A stretch of DNA of 64,000 bases. Origin: the human T2T-CHM13v2.0 reference genome, Homo sapiens. The DNA is taken from NCBI RefSeq assembly GCF_009914755.1, contig NC_060934.1. The stretch is one strand, 5' to 3'. The notes under the pieces were generated by a model. The model saw nothing but the letters and a program-made list of their open reading frames with translations, was not told the origin of the DNA and did no database searches. Below, piece by piece: positions 54,310 to 64,000 of this stretch (its first letter is position 1; each line of letters begins with the position of its first letter). The translations under genes and the position numbers were made by a program.

Positions 54310-55660
54310 TAACAGGCACTGCCTTGAGTATCCATGAACTCACTTATCCCACATGGTGATCCCAGGTACTCATATCTACCCCATTTTACAGATGAGGAAA
54401 CTGAGGTTTAGATAAATAAAATAATTTGACCAGGGCTTTCTGGCCAAAAAGAGCCAAAATTGTGATTCAAACAAGAACATTCAACCCCAAAGCCACCAGC
54501 TGCCCCTGCTTTCTATGAACAGGTTAAAATGAAGTCTTGGGAAAGACACAGTAATGATTTGAGAGCTGCCAAAGATCACCTGAACTGCTTGCAAGTGGAG
54601 GCCTTAAGTGTTTGACAATGATTTGTCCTTGCTGGTAGGTTAAACACCCTCCCATCTTTGGGCTCATTCAACACTCAGGGTCCCATGGATGATGAATAGC
54701 AGAGAGCCTGGGTCAGCCCCAATTTCAGATATTTTTTCCAGAAGCCATTCAGCTGTTTCATAGAGAAGGGTGGTCATTAAAAAGCATGGATTCTGGAGTA
54801 GCCTGTCTGGGTGTGAATCCCACCCAGCCCCCTAATCACCAGTTCTGAGACCTTGGAAGAGTCAGTTAACTCCTTTGTGCCATGGTTCTCTCGTTTGACA
54901 AAAGGGGATTATAATAATGCCTACATCATAGGTTTTAAGTGGGTTAAGGTCTATACAGTGCTTGGAACAGGGCCAGGTGTATAGGACATGCTGTATATGC
55001 GTGAGAAATTTTATTCCAGCCTGTTGGCATTCATGCTCTCTGAAATGCCTCTCATACCTGGAGGTAGCACAAAACCTAGTGTTGTAAAAATATGGAACCC
55101 TTATGTGTAGGTAGGGCCAAGGTAAATGCCAGTCACACCACCTCCAAGGGTGTGGAGATGAGTGGGACCCTGTTAACTAAGGTGGGGTAAATGGGGTCTC
55201 CAAGACAGCAGAGGTTTAGATGGGGCTAAGAATGCATCCCCCCTTTCCCCAAAAAAGAATCTGAGCCACTGTGCAGGAGGCAGGCAGCCCTGCAGAAGGG
55301 GAAAGTAGAGAGCTGGCAGAGGGAGGCTGGACAGGGCCCACAGCACCCTGTCTGTGCCCTGGGCAAGGGATGTTTGAAGGCCTCTGTCTCACCATTCCCA
55401 TCCTGTCTGTGCCCTGGGTGAGGGAAACCTTGAGGGCTTCTGTCTCGCCAAGTCTTCCCAGCAGCCCAGCTCAAAATTATTCAAAGATTGGTAGGAGGAA
55501 GAGAAAGTAACATTTAAAGTACCATTTATTGAGCTACTGCTTCATGCCATGCATTGCAGCTGGGTATTTTATGATCCTCATGAGAATCCAACCCATTCTA
55601 TAGATTAGGAAACTGACGCTCAAAGAGATTTATTCACTTGTCCAAAGTAGCTCAACCCTT
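54310..55660. mobile_element. MIR cluster: minus ~54310-54500, plus ~54770-55010, minus ~55505-55660
   Basis: cccattttacagatgaggaaactgagg; aagcatggattctggag...tgaatccc; catttattgagc...aggaaactgacgctca. Confidence 0.72.
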
Positions 55661-57324
55661 TGTATAACAAGGCAAGGGATGAGTGAAGACATGGCTCTGA
55701 GTGGATGGATGTGTGGGCCCTTGAGTCTGAAGAGAAGAAGGAAGAATCAAGAGACTGGGGGAGGAGGGTTGTGGACCTGGGCCTGCCCCAACTCCAAATA
55801 TGGTGCTCCTTCTCCTCCTCCATGGTTGTGCCTTCTTCTCTTCCTCCTTCCCTGGGATCAGACTCATTGTGAATGTGCCTCTTGCCTGTTCCCAGGGCCC
55901 ATCTGGCACACAGGGGCAGGGAGGAAGGCTCAGGCCAACAGACCCCTGCCCTCTTGCCCCTGTGAGCTGCCCAGGTCAGCATGCATGGCAGAGCAAGGGC
56001 TCGGAGGTGAGGGTTCAGGCCCTGGAAATGGGTCTCTGCCTGCAGGCCCCTAGCCCCTCCTTGCCTCCACCATTTCAGTGTTCCCTGAGTCAGGGCCAGC
56101 TAGCTTCTGGTATGGGGCTAGTCTCAGGCTATGTAGAGCCCAGTGCTGGAAACCAGAATTGGGGGTAGCCTAGGACAGGGACCTGAGCTTGGGCTTCAAG
56201 ATCAGGCTGACGTGGGCCTGGTTTAGCTCTGCAGCTTCCATGCTATATGTATCCCCGGCCTCATCTCCCAGCCTCTCATGAAATGATAGGTACCAAGTAT
56301 GTAGCATAAACTGCCATCTCATGAGGGCTCTGCATGTAATAGTTCTGATTATTTTGAAGTCCTGCTTTACAGTCCAGGCTCTGAGACCTACTTGCTATGT
56401 GACTGTATGCAAATCACTCTCTCCACTGAGCTTGGGGTCCCACAGATCTAGAATCCAGCTCTCCTGGCTGGAGCAGCAGCAATTCTGTTTCCATGGTAAC
56501 CCAGCTGTCTCTCCAGGGACCATCTGGATCTCCTCACCCTGACAAGGTGCGGCCCAGGCAACCAGGTGTTTGTGTTTTGCAGTGGAAGCTCTGCAAGGTG
56601 GTAATTCCCCTCACTGGGGACAGGGCGGTGGCCAGGCAGATGGCTGGAGGGAAGCAGAGCCTCCTTGCCGGCTGCCTGTGCTGTTCTGAGCCCAGAGAGA
56701 CACAGAACCCAGAGCTCGGGAAGTCTGGCCACGGCTTTCCTTGAAGAGTTATTAACAGATGCTTCATTATATTCCTAGGAAAGCTTCCTGGCTTGTTGAG
56801 GCTGGCCAGGTGAGAAACACTGCCTGGGGCTGGACTCCTGTAGGGAATTCCAGAGGACCCAGTCTCACCTGTTTGGGATGAAGAGACACTATTGTCTCTG
56901 CAGGAAACAGGAATTACTGGGGGGAAACATTAGCAGTCTGCCTTTCAAACAGGCACATAATTATAATGACGGCAGAAACTCAGCGCACAGGATAAGCTAA
57001 ATTCACCCCTTCAACGTAAGCTCATGGGTAGCTATTATGTTTAGACTCTGTGATCCGTACTTAGGGAACCCTGTACTCCCAAAGGAGCTCACAGACCCAG
57101 ACCTGGCAGGGACATGCTTAGGAAAAGATGGTGTCAACAGACCCACAACACAGAACCACACTGTGGGGTGGGGAAGCAGAGAGGCGGGACCAGCCACTTC
57201 CAGCAGGAAGTTTCCAACCTGGACTGGGTTGGGACGGTGAGGGGATAGTCATCTGCCATCAGTTTACATAGGTGAGCCCCTTGACTTACAACAGCCCGCA
57301 ACAGGGATCCCCTGTGCTTCTTTC

Positions 57325-57410
57325 CCAGGTGAGGAAACTGAGGCTCAGAGAGGTTAAGTCCCTTGCCCAGGGTCACACAGCTAGGGAGGGACTGAGCCAG
57401 GATCAGAACT
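57325..57410 (-). mobile_element. MIR core fragment
   Basis: gaggaaactgaggctcagagaggttaagtcccttgcccagggtcacacagcta. Confidence 0.85.
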
Positions 57411-57487
57411 GACTCGTTGCACCCTGTGTGGGGACGCTGCCCTCCTCCGTAGGTTGCCCTGGGAGGCTCCGGCCGAGCAAAACAGTT

Positions 57488-57620
57488 CTCTGCCTCTGTC
57501 CTTTTGGCTCTTTCTCTCTCTCCCCGCCCCCCTTTCTCCTTCCTCTCTTTCACTCTCCCCGTCTCCTTTCTCCTCCTTTCCCTCTCTCCCCCACTTCCTT
57601 TGTCTCTCCCCTTTCCCCTT
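57488..57620. repeat. CT-rich low-complexity polypyrimidine tract
   Basis: ~130 bp almost entirely C/T. Confidence 0.85.
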
Positions 57621-58587
57621 GGGACCACTGCTCCGTGCACCACAGGTCCTGCTGCTCGGCTCTGCCAGGGTCATCTGCAGCGTCTGCTCTAGGTGGCCGG
57701 CTATCTGCTCACAGGCTGCTGCCCTGCTCCAGCCCTGGGCCACGCCCCCAGAAATGCCTGCTGTTGTTTAGCTCTGCCCCCTCCTGAGGACCCTCAGCCA
57801 AGGAAGTGACATCATTGCATACATTCCCATTTCCTCCAGGCTCCGTGTGGTCTTGAGCCCACTCTCAGATGTGCGCCCCAGATGTTTAGAATCACTTCCT
57901 CCCAATTAAGCGTCTGCCGGGAGTCGAGGGGCCCGCCTGTGTGCAGGGTCCATGTCTGTTCAAAAGGGTCTCAGAAGAGAGAAAATGGGAACTCCTCCCT
58001 GCACAGACGGCGGGAAAGTGGTTCACTGTTGAGCTCCCTGGGGAAGCCGGGAAGCCAGCACTCTGAAGCATGCTGGATGCGGTGGAGGTGGTGCCTGTGC
58101 TTGATTGTCCGCCCGTGTGGAAGCGCGAGGATGTGCAGGTGGCCCAGTGGTCTCCAGGGAGAGATTTGAGTGTCAGGGCCTCTGTGCCTAGTTCTCCTCC
58201 CTCTCCAAATGGAAAGAGAACTGTGGGAGGAGAAAAACAAAAGAGAAGAAAGACACAGCCCCTCTAAAGAAGGAGGGCACAGGTGCCAAGGTGGCCCCAT
58301 GGGTCAAGGCCCAGGGTGTGGACCCCTCCTCCGAGGGCACTCATGCCCTGCTCGGGCTAGGCTAGGTTTTAGGGTTCCGGTCCTGTGCCTCCTCCTGGGG
58401 TGCCTTTGCTCTGTGTCAGAGTCACATGTCCACACAGCTAGGCAGATGACACAAAGATGGCATCTCACTGAAGATACAGAAGTGATCAGGGGCACCAGAG
58501 TGCCCAGCCCCACCAAGGGGACAGCTGCTACACAGGGGCCACCTGAGGCCATGCGTGACACACACCCAGAACTGCCAGCACTTGTGA

Positions 58588-59334
<747 letters not shown>

Positions 59335-60640
59335 TGAAATCATTTGAGGAACAATGGACCCATGAATGATGGGAGGAGGGTCAGTTTTTGGAGAATCTAG
59401 TGGAGGTTGGCCACCTTGAGCTTGCCTCCTGCTCTCCTGCTTTAGAGCTGTGTGACTTTAAGGAACTGACTTAACCTCTCTGATCCTCAGCTGTTGCATC
59501 AGGAAACGGGGCTAACTGTAACCCTCGTTTGGTGCTGTCTGCGTTGAGGATTAAATGGGAGGATATAAGGGAAAACTGTGCCCTGCATGTAGTGAAAACT
59601 CAGTGTCTTATTTGCTACATCCCAATGACTGAGACAGAATAGGTGAGTGGGTGGTACCCCTGCACCCCTCAAAAAATCACTTATGGGAGGAAGATGGCTG
59701 GTATGGGAAGGAGGATACTGTGTGTTGGACAGCAAAGGGGAAGCAGGAGGACGGTGTATTTTTGGAGGTCACAAGATACATAATAATTCATAGGTATACA
59801 TAATAAGTATTGGTGGTAGGGTTACATTATCGTTACTGTTCCTCTCTGACATGAATGTCAGAGTGTAGAGGGCTTTGAGGATCACCTAGCCCAAGCCCCA
59901 GTTTAATCTGAGAAGAGACTGACACAGGGTGGGGGATGCAATCTTCCCAGCATCCCTCATCGTACCAGGGGCGAGGCTGGCATTACTCCTGCTATTATTG
60001 CCACCATACCTTTATGTGAAACCCTAACATCATCCTACTACTACTGCCAATCAGTTAAGGAGTTACCATGTTTTAGATGCTAGGCAAAATACTGCATGCA
60101 CATCCTCTCCTTTCAGCTTTACGAAAATATTAAGGTGCAGGTGCGGAAGGAATGTGAGCTAAACCCCCTCCTGCTTCTTCTGACTTGGTGTCCCTGTGCA
60201 AGATGTGCCACTTTGAGCCTCCATTTCCTCATCTGTGGAATGGGAACAGCACCACCTGCCCCCTGGGGTTCCAAGCATCCAAGGGGCTAAGTGATAGGAA
60301 GTACTGATGCCCAGTACTGGTTCCATGAATGCCTGGGGAATCTGGAGGCTCCCTCTTGGCTCCTGGCTTCCAGCCACGCCCCCGACACCAAGGCCTCTGT
60401 CAGTACTGGTTGTTCCTCAGTGCAATTAGGTAATTAGGCCAAATTCAATTACACACCACACTCCCAGGTTTGTCTGGGGCCCAAGGGGGGTGTGGGCTCC
60501 CCTTGTTGAGGGGGAGCAGCAGAAGCACTGGCTTGGTTCCCAGGGCTGGGCCTTCCCACTGTGCCTCTCAGAATACTGCCTGCATCCTGCATCGCAGCTG
60601 GGGAGACTGAGGCAGGGAACAGGCAGCATTGCTTGGCCCC

Positions 60641-60978
60641 TGCCTTAGTCTGTTCAGGCTGTTATAGCAAAATACCTTTGACTAGGTAACTTACAAACAA
60701 TAGCAATTGATCACTCCCTGTTGCAGAGGCAAGATCAGGCTCTGGCAGATTTGATGTCCAGTGAGGGCACGCTCCCCGTAGATGGCACCTTCTGGCTGTG
60801 TCCTCACATGGGTGCAAAGAGCGCCCTCAAGCCTCTTTCATAAGGCACTGGTCCCATTCATGAAGGTGTATTCCTGATGACCTAATCCTCTCCCAAAGGC
60901 CCCAGCTCTTCGTACCATCTCAATGGATTAGATTTCAACACGTTAACTTAGAGAGGCACAAACACTCAGACCACAGCA
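60641..60978 (-). mobile_element. MaLR solo LTR (MLT1A/MST-like)
   Basis: tgccttagtctgttcaggctgttatagcaaaatacc...tgtgtcctcacatgg...atgacctaatc...actcagaccacagca. TG...CA ends and approximate 5-bp TSD gcccc/acccc. Confidence 0.85.
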
Positions 60979-61829
60979 ACCCCAAACCGTAGCATCCACA
61001 GGGCTGAGATCACCATGCCTGATTTTTTTCCCCTCCTGGAGAGCGTCACCCCAGACTGCTGGCCCACAGCTCACCTTCCCTTTCAAATTCATCAGCAGGG
61101 GCCTGGCTCCTCATCCTCTGGAAAAGCCCAAAGATTGGTAGGGAGGGTGGGGGGGCCTCAGCTTCCCTCTGCCACCCCTGGATTTGCAGCAGTTTCCCCT
61201 CCTAGCTGCAGGCTGGCACCCAGCTGCTGCCCAACACTTTGATCGGCATATGGATCTTTTGGGAGAGCAGGGGCTCTAGTGAAGTTGGGCAAACCAGAGT
61301 GTATATATGTCTTTAAGGGTCTTGCCGGGGGAGTCAGGCGAGAGCAACCCAGGCTGAGGGCAGCAAGATGGCCCTCCTGGAGACCAGGCATGACACTTCT
61401 AGGGACCACATCATCTGAGTCCTTGAATGCCAATCTAAGGAGCTTGAACTTGATCTTGACACCCCTGGGGAGCGAAAGAACGTTTTAGACAAGGGATGAC
61501 ATGGTCAGATTTGCCTCAGCAGGTAGAGGAGGGACTTGGGTGCTAGAGGCAGAGAACATAGTTTGGAGGCTGGTGCAGTTGCCAGGATGCCAGGACACCA
61601 GTCTGCTGGGGTGGAAGTGTGCCGTGTGTGGAGGGAGAGAAGCAGAGGTGACTCCCCAGCAATGCCTCGTGCCCACGCCCTTCCCTGGGCCTCGGAAGCT
61701 CAGGTGGTGACATGGCTGTTTTATGCTTGACTCTTGACTTACCAGTTCTGAGGATGGATGGTACACAGCACCTTTCCCAGGGAAAAGGTCTTAACTTTGG
61801 ATTTCATTCTGAAATGAAAGTGGTTTTAT

Positions 61830-62000
61830 GGAATTTTTCTTGTAAGTCCAAAGATAATACATACTATGTGTAGGACAATCAAGGAATACAGAAAATTATA
61901 AGAAAGTAAAGCTGACATCCCACCACTGTGGAATAACTTGGTGAATATCCATTAGTCATGCAGGAAACATTTAACATACTTAATAGATAAACATACTTAA
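61830..62000 (-). mobile_element. Old L1M 3' fragment
   Basis: taatacatact...aatacagaaaattataagaaag...atcccaccac pattern. Confidence 0.5.
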
Positions 62001-63249
62001 CAGATAAACCACAAATAAATATAGGAGAATGGAACCATAGAGGGCCTGCCACCTTGGAACCAGCGTCTTTGCCTTGACAAAATGATGTGTGTTGTAGACC
62101 TCTTGCCTGGCCCACCTGTCAGCCTACTCCGGCCTTTACAGGGAATTAGCAGGAGTCAGTTCAATAATGACATTTCTTCTTGGAGCCTACCCAGCCAGAC
62201 TTGGGGAGGCCAGTGCCCCCGGCAGCAAAGAGAGGTATGGCATCTACACTAGATGTCTTCACTGGGGGAGAGGGGATTAGGGTCCAGAGAGGGACAGTGA
62301 CCTGCACCTGGTCACACAGCAAGCTCCCAAGCCCCTTTCCAGGTAGCATCTGTCTCAGTTGGGGACTTGGCCTCCTGGGCCAAAGAGCACGCAGTTCTGT
62401 GAGCTCAGCTCTGCAGGCCCTGATTTCAACATCAGGCCTCCCACTCCTTGCCCTGCCCTGGCGGCCACCTTTGGATTTCTCCCAGACATTCCTGTGCAGC
62501 CTGTCAGCTCATGTCCAGAGCCCCTGGAGGTGGGGGACACCTGGGACCACACTGGGGAATGAAGGAAGCCGCTGGCTCCCCTCATCTGCCATGGACCAGG
62601 AACAAGGGGCTGGAAGGGAGCAGGCACCCGGAGAACCTCCTCTCACACGGGGTGGTGAAAGGAAGGCAGGAAGGCTGCACCGGGTGATGAAGGACTCCTG
62701 GCAAACTTTTCATGGGCTTGGGAGGTTCCTAAAACCGCGCAATTGCTGCCCAGAGCACACCGAGGTGCTCGGGCTTGCTTCTCAACCACCTCTCCTCCTT
62801 TTACCTCTCCTAGCACCCTACAGCAGGCCTCAGAAGCCATAAGCCCACCAGTACAGGGTCCCTTCTGCAATTCTCCATCCTCAGCTCATATGCCTCAGGT
62901 GACAGGCTGCTCCCTGCTACTCCCTGGCAGCCCTGACTGTCAGAAATTCCTTCCTTCTTTGAGCCCAAATCAGGTTCACCCACCCATCTTCAGGATGCAT
63001 GTGATTCCCACAGTAGGTGAGGGAAAGAGCCGACAAGTCCAGGTCTAGCCCTGACCTCCCTGTGAGCAGGAGGTACCGGGTAGGATGGACCCATCCCATC
63101 AGAATCCCACACTGTGCTGGGAAAAAAGAGGCAACTGATGGGCAAGAGTCCTTTAGAAGAGCGTATCTGCCTAGCACTTTGCAGTTTGCAGGGCATGCCC
63201 TGGACGCTACAGTTGGCAGGAATACAGTGCCAGGATAGACAGCTTGGGG

Positions 63250-63370
63250 CCGTGGAACAAGCCAGGAGTCTGGGGTTCTAGTCCTGGCTCTACAATTAAT
63301 ATGCCATGTGACTGGAGGCAGTCCCTGCCTCCTCTTTGAACCTCAGTTTCCTCATTTGAAGAGGGAAACA
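63250..63370 (+). mobile_element. MIR fragment
   Basis: ggggttctagtcctggctct...tgtgactgg...cctcagtttcctcatttg. Confidence 0.7.
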
Positions 63371-64000
63371 AGGGCCTCTTTACTCTGATGTCGATTGAGC
63401 TGGCTTGATTGCAAATGGATAAGTAGAGGCTCTGTCAAGAAAGGGGCTGGAAGGAATAGGCCACACATGGTTTCCAGGCACGATGGGTCCGATGGTGGCT
63501 GGGACACCTGGTATAGTAGCCCTGCCTGGTCCTGCAGCCTGGGCCAGAGTGTGTGAGTGGCCCCAAATCTTTTCCCAAAGTGAGCCTCACTTTCTTCCGC
63601 TGCAAAGTGGAAGCTTTGTGCTCAGCTGCCTTGTGAGCCTTTGTCTGGGAAGCATCAGGAACAGAATTTGGCTGCTCCAGCCCAGACAGGGAGGTGTGCC
63701 GCACAGCCAGGCAGGCAGACAGTCCGGCAGGAAGGCAAACTGCATTTCCAACTGCAGAGAGCTTATGTCAGTCCAACCCTGGGGCCATTCGGAAGCCCCC
63801 ATCAAAGCTGTGTCCTGGGAGAAGCAATGAAACCCCAGGACTGCTGAGGCACGGACATTCGAGCTGCCGTTGCCGTCTCTTCCCTTCAAAGGCGACTCCA
63901 GAAATCAATGGGAAGAGATTCATTAGAGACCTGGGTGGCGCGCTCCCCACCACCTCCAGCAGCCCCTTTGTTAACCAGCCTGAGCTTCCTGTCTGAACAG

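Noticed and set aside
60775-60788. CTCF-like CCCGTAGATGGCAC (also weaker matches near 18715 and 26503)
   Set aside because: Mismatches in the core 5' positions, and the 60775 and 26503 matches lie inside repeat relics. Insufficient without ChIP data.

Overview
Human/primate genomic DNA (GC-rich, many Alu and MIR elements) from inside ZMIZ1 (Zimp10/RAI17, a PIAS-like coactivator; 10q22.3 by recall), transcribed on the + strand. The window holds the first three coding exons: 28948-29056 (ATG at 28997), 35700-35813 and 43533-43638. Spliced together they read [93 protein letters not shown] (aa 1-93, most of the N-terminal TPR-like NOTCH1-binding domain). The rest is intron: Alu, MIR, L1M, L2, LTR and hAT relics, microsatellites and motif-dense candidate enhancers. 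There are no prokaryotic features, and nearly all listed ORFs are spurious. No wholly new gene system is demonstrable. The best lead is a set of predicted RNA-processing switches after the TPR exons: (i) a 41-nt stop-containing cryptic exon (48500-48540) buried in UG/UGCAUG repeats (TDP-43/CELF/RBFOX-type control); (ii) an intronic poly(A) signal (44916) that would give an NMD-immune TPR-only protein; (iii) inverted Alus compatible with ATG-containing circRNAs; (iv) candidate recursive splice sites. Regulatory leads are a homeodomain/NKX-dense island (13890-14125), RFX X-boxes and a CTCF pair. All of these are sequence-based inferences; repeat subfamily calls and boundaries were made by eye.
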